Assembly: GCF_006345805.1 (NCBI RefSeq)
Contig: NC_043015.1
Coordinates: 4,588,001-4,652,000 of the forward strand
Direction: 5' to 3'
Origin: Octopus sinensis
Lineage: Eukaryota
Length of the DNA: 64,000 nucleotides
Positions 25,691 through 40,915 of this stretch are shown here, in pieces. How positions within the stretch are numbered: position 1 is the first letter of the stretch; each line of letters starts with the position of its first letter. Made by a program: the position numbers and the translations under genes. Below the pieces are notes generated by a model. That model was not told the DNA's origin. It saw only the letters and a list, made by a program, of their open reading frames with translations, and searched no databases.

Positions 25691-26649
25691 AATAGAACCA
25701 ACTGTCATTTGCGTGGTTTCTGGAAAACGGTAATATATACTGATTTCTCATTCTGATTTTCATTTTCTCCTAACATTTCGTTTATATAATAGTGTTATCA
25801 TTTGAACTAGAGTACTGATTGTGAGAATCGCTGCTGAATACATACAGAGGATCGTATTCGGCTTCTCTATGCCATTAAGATGCACTCAGTCCAAAATCAC
25901 AAATTTGAACGAGTGCTTGTGAAATTAGCGTGAAGGACAAGAAAGCTGGGAACGGTTTGTTCACGGTAAACTTGACAGATTGTGTCGAATACATGTAACG
26001 ACTACAAGTTCCTTGAAGTTTGTTACAACTGTCAGATGAAGGAGGGCATTTTATGTTGTGTAACCTCTATGAGGAAAAGATGTGAGTAGGCTGGACACTA
26101 TTTATGAATTAAATCCTGCACCTTTCAATGATACAGAAAGGTGGTCATTGCCGAAACAAGCGCCTTTGGTTTGTATAACTGATATTACCAACAATGTATG
26201 CGATTCAACCCAAATAGTGTTGCGAATTGATTATTGTTCTATTGGCTTATGATCCTAGATATAAATTTAAATGTATTGATGGATTCAAATACAGAGCGTA
26301 ATGGACGGCCTTATAGCAATCGGTGTATATCGAGGAGGTAGAATATTTTCAAGACAATCTACCTAAATTATTGGCTAGCTTTAGGGAGCCAATTATATTC
26401 TTGTCTTCAGATTTCAAGTCTCATTACATCAACGCGTCTGTTCGATTTATCAATTGATTCTCCTCCCTTGAAGTCCGTTGAGAAGTTACCTGCGGGGGAT
26501 CCATAAGGCTCATGTGATCAGAATGAATATATGTATTACGAGCAACACGAGCCACTGTCCAATGGACGGTGCTGAGTTGTAAAACATGTAAAGCAAACTT
26601 TCTCAAAGCAACTTGTCCGACCGCCCCATAGGCCCCCCCTTTCAGAAAC

Positions 26650-26907
26650 ACTGTTTTAACCTAAATTTCAGCCAGCAGCAAAAGAAGAAATAAAGATGGT
26701 CTTTTCTTTTTATTCCAAAGAAAAACGATTTTATTCACTTTATCGATCGCATTCTCGCATGGGATCGATTTTTATAATTATTTCAAGACTTAAACCCCCC
26801 CTGATATCGTCGGTGCCTACACGTCAAATTTAGGCGCAATCGGATGGAGGATGCCCGATAACATAGAAGACACACACACACACAGACAGAACAGATCTTA
26901 TATTTTT

Positions 26908-26910
<3 letters not shown>
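26650..26910 (-). mobile_element. Possible 5' fragment of a Helitron/Helentron-type non-autonomous element
   Basis: Minus strand: AT-rich start, TCTGTCTGTGTGT microsatellite, then ATCCGATT...AAATTTG, an organisation like that of 18268-18400. Confidence 0.35.
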
Positions 26911-26960
<50 letters not shown>

Positions 26961-27449
26961 GCACACACACACATACAGGAATCTGCCATTTGCGGACTCC
27001 TTCCTGACAATCCTACACTAAGGCAAAATTAATTTTTCTATTGATTTTAATATTATCAAATGAGATTGCATTTCAACGGACATTTGGAAAAAGAAGTTGA
27101 ATAATAAAGCGACAGAGAACTAACATGACGATGACATTTATAGATAAAAGCTACAAATTCTAAATATATACGGTACAATATTTATACATAAAAGCAAAAA
27201 GTATTTTCAAGAGGAATATGTTTGAGTAGTTGCAAGATTCGCTCTTGCTACAAATTATATTCAACAATGTGTGAGAGACGCTGGTGGTGGAATGACCATT
27301 ACTACTACAATGTGGGAAAATATATACTAACTATAAGATATGTATAGTATACATAAAGTATATATTATTCACATGGTATAGTTCATTATCCTCAGCATTG
27401 TTTGTTGTTTATGATTGCATCATCAATGAGTTCAGTATTGGAACTGAAC

Positions 27450-28420
27450 TCCTTGCAAACTCCTAGTATATATTTCTGTGCTACATTCACGAGATACATT
27501 TATATCAAAAAGAAAACATGCACACTTTCCGCTATAAATGCCAACACTTTCGTAATAATAGTTCAAGTAATTTAAGTGGTGTAGGTGGAAAGTGCTTTGT
27601 CTCATCCGTTTTCTCAGCTTTTTTTCCTAAAGCCATCAGCTCTTCGTTAGATAAACTTGCACTCTTACTTCATTTTCAAATGTCACTAAATGTTTCCAAA
27701 CTTCATGTAGACATTGTGATTGAGGAAATCCTGTCAGGTAACGGATATAGTCTGGATATATACTTTTTCGAAAAATTATTCAAAATTGAAAGTTTCACTT
27801 CCACCCATGACTCAGCTTAACGTATGCACAGCGTACGATGTGCTGAATTTCTTCCAGAAATCGCTAACAGTAAATTTATCCGCCATATTATATATTTTCA
27901 TATTTGTTTTGAAACTTTTCTTATAATATGCTTTAAATTATGGGCTGGGGTAAGGAATTTTTATTCTAATTCCACTTCACATAATCGGAAAATGTTCGCT
28001 GGGTGGACCGGGGCGTAATCTAACAGAAAAAATGCTTTGTTGGAAACACAATGTATGTACCTTTCCCTATTTGAACACCTAATCAAATTTTGGGTAACCT
28101 TTGAAAGCCCTTAGTTTATAAAGTAGTATTCAAGTATTGGGCTTAATTTCGTATCACTAGGACAGTTCCTCCCAAATAAGATCTTAAACAAATTTTGTAT
28201 GCTTCAAAATCCGGTGCTGATGTTTTTCTCGGGATAAAAGTTCCTAGCGATCATGCGAGTCCTGGAAAATGCAGTTTCGAGGCCACTTTGTAGTTGCTTA
28301 AGCCAGTAGCTTCTTTCAACAATCATTTCTTTATATACAGCTTTCTAAGTATAAAACATTCATATAATTCCCTATCCACTACCCACTGCCTTTCCCAATA
28401 TTTTCGGGTCTTTTCAGCCT
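27450..28420 (-). mobile_element. Tigger/pogo-like DDE transposase remnant
   Basis: Decayed motifs GTFIPRKTSAPDFEA, DTKLSPILEY..RAFKGY, DYAPVHP (DNAPGHP-like, 28001-28020) and TVSDFWKKF. Confidence 0.72.
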
Positions 28421-29268
28421 GAAACAGGTCAGTCAGCCATTTTAGGATTAACAAAATAAAAGTAAATTAAATAGAATGACCTTATTTTAGAAGTCAAGTC
28501 GTATTGCTACTCCAGAAATATTAATACATCCTTTCCTCTAATCTTCTTGCTGCTGTCAATGCTCCTCTAACTCCATTCCTGTCACCGTAATGTTGTTTCC
28601 TATATTCACGAAGCCATATATGTATGCAACAAAATATATACACATATATATGTAGCAATGCATATACGGTTTCAAGTATATATGCATGAATTTTGAGTGT
28701 CGAAGGATATGCTTATATACTAGGTTTACTGCATTCAAGAAAGTGCTTCCTAATGTAAGTATCTCATTACACAATCATTGCGTGATGTTTGCTAGATTGA
28801 CTGATGCAAGACATTTAAGTATTATATAGGATACTGCGTCATTGAAAATTGAGAAACGAACAAGCGATTTTGTGTATAAAATGTAAAGAATGAACTTTTG
28901 ACCTGCAGAACTTCCTTAAATATTACAAAGACCTAATTCAAGTTCAGAGAAATAGTTCAACTTTTAAAATGTGTAAACTGTTTATCAAATGCAAACCTAG
29001 GTACGCGGAAAAAGATTTGAGGATAATTATATCAGTTGGAATACACATCAAAAGACATGAAAACCTAAAGGCAACGCTAGTCACAGTACAAAGGCTAATA
29101 GACATAAGATGCAGACATGAAACGTCTAAGCTCTAATATAAAGTACATTAAAATTCCATACAAAATAAAATTAAATAATTGTTCATTTTATAAATGGATT
29201 TATTTTCTCAGTATTATTTGAAACCAAAATGTATAATTCTGTTCGTTTTTATGCTTTGCTTTTCGTAG

Positions 29269-29325
29269 GTCTTATGCACTTAAAGGTGTTTCGTAGACAG
29301 AGAAGTCATTCAAGTACAAAATTCA
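29269..29325 (+). CDS. Candidate 57-nt symmetric (phase 1-1) exon, (G)LMHLKVFRRQRSHSSTKF; product unknown
   Basis: Pyrimidine tract plus TAG acceptor and A|GTAAGT donor. Only one frame is open. No homology recognised. Confidence 0.28.
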
Positions 29326-29579
29326 GTAAGTCTGCGGGATTATGGATGAAAAATAATGTCTCTATACTTAGATGTCATATTTGTGTGTTTTGAAGCAAAA
29401 TAAACAGGTTTTTTTTAAATTGGAAACCACGCACGCATCTATATGCACACATACAGAGAGAGAGACACACATACGAAGACACACGCACACAAAACACGGA
29501 GACACAACACATTTGTATGATCATGTAAGATCATAGAGACAAAATATACATATATATATATATACATGTATGTATGTAT

Positions 29580-29611
<32 letters not shown>

Positions 29612-30911
29612 AGTGTGTGTGGGTGTAAGGATGTACGTATATATTCACGTGTGTATGATTAGATGTATGTATAAATATACAAGTATATAAAGTTTTTGTA
29701 TATATATATATGTATATATATAAAGAGAGAGAATGTGAGGGAGCGAGTGACATACAGATATGCATATACATGTCTTCATATACATGGGTGTTAACACATA
29801 CAAATTTGAGGAATTTTCTATGAGAGTTTATAGTTCATTTATATGTCAATAGGTTATTAAGTGTATTCGATATTCACGCCTATATGCCTATATATGTGAT
29901 TGTTCCCGTCTCCAGTTGTGCTGCTGTTTACATTTGATGTACATGGCAGTAGAAATTTAAGTGCATGTATTTAATATTTCTTAGATATGTTTATATCTAA
30001 ACTTTCGGGAAAAAGCTCACTCTTACACACAATAAAGCTCAACAACACATACACACAAAAAGAATATTCTGTGTTTTTCGCGTCCCCACTTCAATGCTGC
30101 AGCAGTGATGTGACGCATGCATTTTTCTTATCTGTATGTTACAATAACATATTTATGTAAGTACAATTTCATATTCGCCAATACTTGATCTTGCGTTTAC
30201 AACGAATTTAGAGATTCACGCTTATCATACCAGATGTACAAATAAAATTAAATTTTCTTTCATTTTGATTTTATGGATACCTGGAATATGCTGGAGGAAG
30301 CAAAAGTAGATGTACAATAAGCATTTCACTTATAATACTTAATTAAGAGACAGTATTGGCATATTAAACAAGTTAGCCTCATTTTCAATATTTTCAGTGT
30401 TTTAATATTTTCATATTTTTAATATTTTCAATTGAACGCCGTGCATTGCATTTGAATTCAAAACTTGATTGTGTACAAAAAGGTGAAGACATTTCTATTG
30501 CCGGTCGGGATTCATGCTAGCAACAAGGTAAAGTATTGCTATGATGTCTATTACTAGGAATATTTCACTGACGAGTCGAATGGTTCCCTTAAGCGTTCCC
30601 TAGCGCAGAAATTGCAGTAGAGAAATAAACACTTTTTTTTCAAATTGTAGATTCTATGTCCCATGTAACCCGAAGATAGATTTTTATCGTGTAGAGAAAT
30701 AATATGAATGATATAATTGTTTTATAGGGCTTGCGGCTGCTATTTTTCACATTTAAAGGTTATTTTTTAAAAACCTATTAGTTATAATTGCGATTTCTTC
30801 ATAATTATAAATGTGTCTCTTGTTTATATTTTAAGTTAACATGTTTTGCCATTGGTATATTAATAAATAATCTTAATTATATCCTCCGTAATATTTTTAC
30901 AATACTCCTAC

Positions 30912-30982
<71 letters not shown>

Positions 30983-31286
30983 TATGTACACATATTAAGT
31001 TATATCTTAATAATTCTGATGCGCACACTATACGATTGTTTTACCCTATCGTTTTTCTCTTTCTCTCTCTTAATATTTTACCTCCACTTCTCCCACTATT
31101 CCATATTATTACTCTGTAACTCTCTCTCTTCCTCACTCCTCCTCCCTACCTCACTATATAGATAGATATATTATTCATATTATTATATGATTGAACGCCA
31201 GGCATCCTTTTCCAAGAATGTTTTATCTCTCTCCCCCCTCTCTCTCTCTTTCACTCTCTCTCTCTATATATTTATGTTTTTTTTAT

Positions 31287-31490
31287 GTACTTGTTTCAGT
31301 CATTTGACTGCGGCCATGCTGGAGCACCGCCTTTTAGAGTGGTGAAAGAGTACAGCAGGGATCACCACCTCCTGCCGGAGCCTCGTGAAGCTTTTAGGTG
31401 TTTTCGCTCAATAAACACACACAACGCCCGGTCTGGGAATCGAAACCGCGATCCTCCGACCGCAAGTCCGCTGCCCTAACCACTAGGCCA
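31287..31490 (-). mobile_element. tRNA-derived SINE, second head type
   Basis: Head TGGCCTAGTGGTTAGGG...GGTTTCGATTCCC (A and B boxes). Same 3' tail as the 13-kb SINE. Confidence 0.88.
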
Positions 31491-31859
31491 TTTATATACA
31501 TAATAGAATGAGATATATATACACCCCATATATATACATATATATGCAAATATTATGTGTGTGTGTAAGACTGTGAATATTTATAAATATACTTGCAAAA
31601 TATATCCATACATGTACACATGCAACGAGGACACACATACATGTTTAAATGTATATAAACATATGTATATAACTTCTCGTTTGTAAGTATGCGTGTGAAT
31701 ATATGCATGTTTACGGTCGTGCATATGTACTCATGTATCCTATTACGATAACTGAAAGAGAATTCCTAGAAATGCGCTATACGTTAATCAACGCGATTTC
31801 TTTTAAGAAATCTCTGTGCGAAAATGGAACTTTAATTATTAGCTTACATAAAGAAATCC

Positions 31860-31902
<43 letters not shown>

Positions 31903-32347
31903 TATATATGTACAAACATACATTGCTTTACTGAGAAGCCACCATCCCCAGCAGATTTAGACATTGGAATAATTGAAATACATGGATTTATTCTGCGATT
32001 TCTATTGAAATTTGCAAGACTAAAATGACATCTGACAATGCATAATGCCACCCTGAAGCTTACTAATGGTTTTGTTACACAACTACAATGGGTATTATGA
32101 TAATTCCTAGAATATTCAATAGAATTTTTCCCTGATTTAGGAACTAGAATTTTATCACATGAGAACACAAGAACATACAAAATCAGAATTTCATATAGGT
32201 ATAGGAAACACACATGTTTATATCAACTTGAATCACTATGATATTATAATTACATACACACACGTATGCATGTATGTATGTTTATATGTATATATAAATA
32301 TCTATGTATGTATATATATATATATATGTATATATATTATATATATA

Positions 32348-32389
<42 letters not shown>

Positions 32390-33744
32390 GTATATGTATT
32401 TATATTACATGTATATGCTTGTGTGCGTGTGTGCTTGTCCTTAAACACATCTATGTACGTACGTAGAAATATAAAGACGTAATAAGATAGCGTGAGAGTT
32501 ATATATATATATAGAGAGAGAGAGAGTGAGAGAGAGAGCGATAGATAGATAGAACGATTGCTTTTTCAATAAGATACATATGTATACATACATACGTACA
32601 TATTTGCATTGAAACACATATACGTATATGCAAATATACATTCATCATTCGAATCTAGCGCTATCTCTTACGAGCAACCATATGATTTTGATATGACCGA
32701 AAATTTTAAATTCTACAATATAATCTTTACAAATGGAGACTAACTCATCTACCCGTAGTTGATATTCATGTTCAATAATCCATGTATAATATACAATAAA
32801 AAGTCTTTGGAAGAACACAGTTTATAATTGTAGTAAACATGTGAGCTGTGGTTGCTATCAAACTGTTCAGGAACATACATTTCTACATAAATCATACAGC
32901 TATTTTGGAATCATCTCTCATTATGTAAGAAATAAATTCTTTTTCATCCCGTCCTTTAATGTTTCATGATACCCATTTTTTATCCTTGTGTTTTTACTTC
33001 CTCGTCTTGTTTGGTTTATTTTGTTTGTTTGCTTCACAAATTCAGAAAATGTACCTTTTTATCTTGAATATTCTATTGTGAGTTTTTTATATACATGTCT
33101 TTCTGTTTTTCCTTTATGATCACTGAAATGCATTTTCTTGATATTAATGTATACATGAAAATTCTAAATTTGTTTATATAGGAATTCCTTCGCCTTCTTA
33201 TACCGAGTGGTTATGCTCAATACACTACTTTGGTACATATTTAACATATATAAAAATGCAGAACTCGGAAGGCGAACCCGCAAAAGAGACAATTAAAAAA
33301 AACTAATGATAAATGTCTAAGCTGAAATATTCATAGATGACAAAAGAAATATTTCGACCACATCACTATGAAATTTTTTGTATCATATAGTATATCTCTG
33401 GCGATATGGCCCATAGTGATACACTCTCAGCATGTCTCAACAACATTACTGTTTATAATCTGATGACGAATACGCTGGTAGAGTGTCTCTGCGTCTACCA
33501 GCGTAAGATATCGATGTCGCTTAATATAATTCACTCATAGATCGCATGAAGGAGTCCTTCGAAAATTTAATAACATGAGACCAACCATTTGAATATATTT
33601 TTCCGTATAGAATATGGTGACTGCAACAGTTCTATCAAGATATTCCATTCGATAAAACTTGATATAGCAAAGTAGAAGTCCCATATATAATTTCTCATAG
33701 CTGTTTGATTATCTATACCATTATGAAAATATTCGAATAGACGC

Positions 33745-33875
33745 AGGTTTACGACCATAAGCTTCCGCGTCAGTCCCACTTTGTGGAACCTTCTGCAAGT
33801 ATTCTCTATTGTAGCCTCAGCCAAATGCTTCAGACTGGAATTAGTTCATGGAAACTGGAAAAAGATAACCTGTCG

Positions 33876-33953
<78 letters not shown>

Positions 33954-34220
33954 TGTGTGTGTATGTGTGTATGTGTGTGTGTGTGTGTGGTGTGTGTGTG
34001 TGTGTGTGTGTGTGCCTTTCTACGTGTGTTCGTCCCGCCATCACCGTTTAGCAACAAGTATTGTTTTGTTTATGTCCTTGTTAGCTACCGGTTCGGCAAA
34101 AAAGTTCCAATGGAATAAGTAGCAAGCATTAGAAATAATTCCTGGGGTCAATGTCTTCGACTAAAACCACTCCTTGTGTTGCTCCAGCATGATAGCGAGT
34201 GAAATGATTCAAATGAGTAA
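33745..34220 (+). mobile_element. Diverged copy of the 13-kb SINE family
   Basis: TCAGTCCCACT..GTGGAACCTT..GCAAGT, GGAAACTG, central (TA)(TG) tract, GGTTCGGCAAAA and TGCTCCAGCATG. Confidence 0.8.
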
Positions 34221-34902
34221 CAGACCGGTACCCTACGAAATTGATGACCATCATAATAATGGGGTTCACGTTATTGCACATGACACCTGAGAAATATATT
34301 TCAATCCTACACGCTTATTTTACAGCAGTGAACAAGGTAGTACCAACAAGACTGGTTAATAATTTCGAAACGCGTTTAAGTTCTCTTCCATTTTACAATT
34401 AATCCTACCTACCTTGATGGTGCTAAGCTCAGAAATGCCCTCAGAAACTTTCTATCTTGTCAAGTTTTTTGTTAAACAACAATCCCCCCACCCCCACCCC
34501 GAAAATGTCAATTTTTCCATTAAATACAATACTGAAATAAGAAACTAACACAAGACAACTAGTACTTTTTATTTTTTAACAAATATATTACACAAACGTT
34601 TAAGTACATATCTTAGAATAGATATTTCTGTTAAACTAGAGTTTCAGATACTCAAGATATGGGCATTCCTTTTGCTTCTGTGTATGAATAAATTGCATCA
34701 TGACAGTCTCTTTACAGTGACCTGCAGAAGACAGCACCACGTTGGTGTTTCACCGGTCTTGATAATTGGTCTCCACGTTCCTGGTATCTTGGTTGAATTA
34801 TTCTCTTTGCTCATCACTGATTGCTCTTATGATATTTCAAGGATGTAGCTGAGGTGACTGCAGGAAAATATCACGTAATATGAGAAAGCAGCCGTATTCT
34901 CA

Positions 34903-35307
34903 GATATCTCAATATACACAGACAGGGAAATCAAGGCCAATAAACCGGATATAGTAGTCAGAGATGACCAAGGAAAGAAATGCTTTGTAATCGATGCATC
35001 AATACCAACAGATGACAATATTTCTCTAAAATAAGCGGAAAATCTTTTACATATGCAAAAATGTGGAAATAGATTTAGGTAACTCGAATGTGGAGCATAC
35101 AAACAGAAGCAATTCGCATCATAGTAGGTGCATCGGGTATGATAAAAAGCCATTCAGGCAAATAGATACCCAAAACACCAGGACTTACAAGTGTATGTAT
35201 AATTAAGAAAATAGCACTACTAGGCACCGCACACATCCAACGGGAAACAATTTCAATACAGTGAAAATATAGGAGCTACAAGGAACCACAGCTCGGTAAT
35301 ACTATTG
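34903..35307 (+). mobile_element. 3' end of an R4/Dong-like RLE non-LTR retrotransposon, abutting (AAT)n (35308-35400)
   Basis: DISIYTDREIKANKPDIVVRD...VIDASIP (PD..D restriction-like endonuclease) and KIALLGTAHI..TISIQ*. Confidence 0.88.
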
Positions 35308-35325
35308 AATAATAATAATAATGAC

Positions 35326-35402
<77 letters not shown>

Positions 35403-38400
35403 TATCTTTATCTTTATCTTTATCTTTATTTTTATTTGACAAAACGGAGAGAAAAGTTAAGAAGATGAATTCTGAATTTTAAAAGCCGTAAGAAATTATT
35501 ATGTTTCTTAGGGTTTATTTTTCAGAGACGCTATAAGCCCTACGTCAGGCTGGAACCGGCAAGTGTCAGGAGGATGACTCTCAGAATAATATAGTGATGA
35601 ATATCAGCTTTTCTTATCAGAATAGTTATGGTGGTCAGCTAGCAGACTCGTTACCATACCGGACAAAATGCTTAATAGCATTTCTTCCGTATTCACATTC
35701 ATTATTTAAATTCTGTCGACGTCGACTTTGCATATCATTTATTTTTTTGAGTCTCTTTAAATATGTAGCAGTTGCGCATTGGGGTCGATGTAATCACCTT
35801 ATCCCCTCCCTCACACATATTTTTGAAGCCAAAATCGGAATTGGCACAATGCTGTATAAAAGTGTTGTTGCAACTGAATACCCCAGCATTCAAATGAAAG
35901 TGTGTTCATGTTATATGTTACAAACTTAGTTGCAAAAAAAATTATTCTGATTATTATAATATCAGCTAAGTATTTACATCTATTAAGTTGATTATATTGA
36001 GTTTCATTACAATGCATTTATAAAGTCTCTTCATTGTCAGAAATTATTAATTTCAACATTTATTTCTATGTGGTAACACGAGTAATGGATTAAATATATT
36101 TTACTTAGAAGTATATTTGTTTACTATCAATTATGTTTTCCCTGTTATTCTCATTGTTAAAGAAAACAAAACAGGTAAATATGTAAAAGTAATTTAAACG
36201 AGAGATGAAGATTCTGTAAGTAAAATAAGAATTCATATAATATATATGTTAAGAGACATGCGTCAAAATATATACTTACGACTAAAATTCTTTAGAAATA
36301 TTATCATATCATTTAAGTTTGTGTATTGTTTGAAATGTGAAATGAGAGTGTAGAAAATAGTCCCCATGATCCACCTTGCTTTTACATCATCACTAAATTA
36401 CATTGTGGCGAAAGTATAATATTCCTTGCCCTAATAAGTTACGAGTTTAGTCTTTCGTATTGGTTGTGTCAGCAAAAATACAATTATTCCCAATGCTACA
36501 ACTTCTGCGACAATATCAATATGATATTGATTTGTCATACTCAGTTACTCATTATCAAAAAGAGCCTAGATTTCCGATTGTAGCTGGTTGTGTACATCGA
36601 CCCCATTGCATGACTTGTACTACATGTTTTGATCCTAAAATGTGGAATCTAAAGATGACTAGAATTCGACAGTATTACCCATCAAAAGACAAGAAGACGA
36701 AACGAAGAATGTTGTGGAAATTCCAGTGACATTGATTTGAATATATAACGAACAAAACTCAATATTAATTAGGAAAACGAAATGTATACGCTTCCTTATT
36801 GGACATTATTATTTGTAGTGAAAACAAGTCAACGAAAAAGAAGTATCGTTAGCACAGAGCACAAAAATAATTAGTGACATATCTTCCATCTTTATATTCT
36901 GCATTCAGATTCTTTTAAGTTGGACTTTGATTTTTCCTTTCGAAATCGACAAAATAAAATACCAACAAATCACAGGTGACAACGTAATCGAGAGGCCTAT
37001 AATAGAAACTATAACATTTTGTAGAATTTTTATTTATTTATATTAATTGTCTTTGGTCAGTAGGTGTTATATCCCATTTGCCTGTATAAATTGAAATGAA
37101 TATCATTCCCTTCAAATTTAATTTTGTAACATGGACATCAATGTTTTGCAACCGACCTATTTTCCATTAGATTCCAGAAGCAGAATATCGTTAGTTGTTT
37201 GACCTTAACCACTTGAGCATATCACTTAGTGTCTGGCAATGTGTGTTTCAAATTATATTCATCAAACAATAAGTAATCAAAAACTAGATACTTCAGAAGA
37301 ATTTCAATAACTATAAATTAAAAATAACTACAAACACTATCAGATGGCAAATATAAAGAGTCATGTATATAAAAAAAAAATATTAAACAAGAAAATATAT
37401 GAAATCATTTTAAGATTTTAACATCCTCCATGTTAACATTTAAACATATACCATAATTAAGAGAATAAATATCTCTAAACATTAGATGATTCTTTAGAAA
37501 CTGTTTTTATCATGCTTCAACAAATTATAACAAACTACATGTTAACATATATATTTCAAAACATCATCAAATTTCTGAATTGTTTCAAGTCTTGCTATTA
37601 GCTTACCGAAATGATGTCTCTTCTCGTACTTGTATACATCGCAATTATGTATCTGCTGACAGGCAAAATGTTATTATGTAAGTCTAATTTTGTATATTAC
37701 CTAAAATAGTATACGTAATGCGCCCTACACTCCTTAAATGCACTCTTTGAAGATATACAAGTGCCTAAAATATAGGCATAACTGTGAAATCCTCCGCCAG
37801 CAAAAATGTTATCTATGTGTGAGTAGGTGTAAATCTATGTATGTATGTATGCATGTATGTATATATGTGTGCGTAACATATGGACAGGTGTATAGACATT
37901 CATAATTCAATAAAGTTGTTTGAATTTGCTCTTCTTTTATCATATCTGTAGTACGTGCGTTTTGACTTTCTTCCTGGGGCTTCTGAAAATTGTGAATGAC
38001 TACTATGAAATTCCATGGAACTTTACGTTATACACATAATTTGCATTAGCAATATAATAATATGAAAGCTTGATAAATCTACGTATTTTCGTACATCATC
38101 AAAACTAACATTATATTCTCGATAAAAAAAAATATATAAATGTATTCCAGTCAATTATAGATTTCACTAAATGATACGACACTTGTAGTGTTATCAAATT
38201 AATAATTACATACATCGACTCTTTTTTGATCTGAAAGTATACTGTGACAAAATATTATTTTTCGTCACTATGTAGTGTGCATTGTAATATGCGTTCGTGG
38301 GACATTTTCTGTGCTTGTAATTGAAATGCTTTAAATCAAATTACGGCACTTCATTAAAGGTTGTAAAGGATAAAAATAATCCTCCTTTAATCAGACATAT

Positions 38401-39513
38401 ATATCATAAACACACACACACATACAAACATGCACGCACACACAGACACACATACATCCACGCGCACATACACACAGTTACGTACGCACCAACACATGAA
38501 TAATGATATGTGCTTTTGTATATGAACGTATATTTACTTCTGTACAACGGGCCTCGTTGCAACTTACGTCTACCGAATTCACTCACATGTTACTGGTGAG
38601 CCTGACGTTAAGTTTGAAAAGAATTATCTTAATTGCAAAGGAATAGGGCTTAATGCAAAATCACGTGTTTGGAAACAGAGTCTCTTAACTACTTATCTTT
38701 CTCAGTATCTATAGAATAACAACATCTTCCTTGATGATCATAAAAACTTTTAATCGACATTGAACCTTAAACAATGCTCACCATATATTCTTGATAAAGT
38801 ACATTTGGCTCCGAAGAATCACGGTGTTTATAGAATGCATGTTATAGAGAATTTTATGCGAAAGGTAACTAATGATTAAAGACCATGGAAACGCCATTGT
38901 TTCTGCAACATTGCTATACATCTTTTAATTTGATTTGTGTATTAACGAGTTTCTACTAATATGGCAGTCGCTCTCAAGTAATTTTCTATTTTCAAACTTA
39001 CAGCCGAACATTTTATTCTATCGAAGTTATTTTATATAGATTTTGAAATGCATGGTAACAAATATATGAATTATTACTTTTGCAGTTTCTCGTATTCTTA
39101 ACATAGAAATTTCACAATATCAGTATCACTATTAGCTACAAATGTTTATCCCCAAAAACTTAAAAACCCTTTCTTTGCGGAAGAGAAAAATCAACGTTTT
39201 GATGAAGACGATTATTCCTCTAAAAATAAAATTCTGACGGGAGAGATGAATTTATTTTACCTCTTCTATGCTAAGGTATCTATTTAAAGTATGGTAAATT
39301 ACTTCCAATTATAGATTAGCTAGCTATTTTGCGCTAATAAAAATGAGTAGAATCCTTCAGCCTTCACGGGAAAATTTCATTGAGGTTTATAATTTGGTTG
39401 TACTGGATTTAGTAGAAAATATTTTCTATGATTACTTATGTCTAAATCATAGACACTTACACTTTCACTCATACACACACCCACAAACGCATCAGTATAT
39501 GTATCTATGTGTG

Positions 39514-39563
<50 letters not shown>

Positions 39564-39688
39564 ATATATATATACATACATAGATACATGTATATACACA
39601 CACACACATATATATATATAAGTATATATAAGTATGTACATATATATATATATACGTATGCATATATATATATATAATATATATATGC

Positions 39689-39734
<46 letters not shown>

Positions 39735-39838
39735 TATATATGTATGTATATATATACATATATATACGCATATATGTGTATATATAATATATATATATAT
39801 TTATATCATAGATATACATGTATACGTTCATATAATGT

Positions 39839-39895
<57 letters not shown>

Positions 39896-40533
39896 GAATC
39901 AAATTCCGTATTGATAGTTGTACGTAAGATGCTCTAAATTAGGAGTGCGCTTGAGTCTTTAATGTTTACTATATGACAAACTTTTTCATTCCCTTTTATG
40001 TTTCCAGCGAAGTATAATTTATCGATATTCCTCGCTCTTGAAAAATAATTACGTTAAAAATAAACCTATTTCTCTATGTAATAACACGACTTCAAAGAAA
40101 CAATGACTGTTGCATATAAATTTTAACAGAATTTGTCTTTAAAAAAAAAAACGGTAAAAAAATGGATTAACGAGGAATGGAGTAAAATGAAAATAAAACT
40201 GTAATATCGAACTTAAAGAGTTTTTTAAAAATAATTCATATAAAGCAATTCCACGATCAAACTAATACAATTATAACACAACAATATGATATATAAAGGA
40301 TTGTTTTTCCGTATAATGCTGAATCTGCTCAGCTGCTCTTCAGTGCTGCATATATATATGTATTCATATATAAAGAGAAAATAAATAGAAAATAGTATTA
40401 CACAGGTACCATTGTTTGCTGGAAATAGCAGTCGATAAGAGAACGACGCTATGTAAAGCTTCACAGAATGTGTATTAGTGTATTGCAATTATATTTATAA
40501 TTTTTATATTCATGCATATTCATACGCACAGTA

Positions 40534-40915
40534 GTGGCTGTGTGGTAAATAACATGCTTAACAACCTTATGGTTCGAGGCTAAGTCTCACTGGGTGCTAT
40601 CTGGGGCAAGTAACTTCTACTATACACGATGAAAGACTTCTGAGAGGATTTGGTAGACGGAAACTGAATGAAGCTATCCCGTCATATATATATATATATA
40701 TATATCTGTGTGTGTGTATTTGTGTCTGTGTTTTTCCTCTAATATTTCTTGACAACCGACGTTGGTGTTTTATGTCCCCGTAAACAAGCGGTTCGAGGAG
40801 AGAGAATAAGTACTAAGCATACAAAGAATAAGTTCTGGAGTTGATTTGCTCGACTAAAGTGGTGCTGAAACATGGCCGCTTTCTAATGACTGAAATAAAT
40901 AAAATAATAAATAAC
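40534..40915 (+). mobile_element. Diverged full-length copy of the 13-kb SINE family
   Basis: GTGGCTGTGTGGTAA head, GGATTTGGTAGACGGAAACTG body and GGTGCTG..ACATGGCCGC...AATGACTGAAA tail. Confidence 0.88.

Noticed and set aside
26424-26655. hAT-like TIR CAGTGTTTCTGAAAGGGGG on the minus strand
   Set aside because: No matching second TIR or 8-bp TSD found.
31430-31490. tRNA genes (also 13370-13436 and 51140-51205)
   Set aside because: These are tRNA-derived SINE heads that continue into SINE bodies and lack a full cloverleaf.
36460-36729. 89-aa Cys-containing ORF
   Set aside because: No recognisable domain or convincing gene context; compatible with chance.
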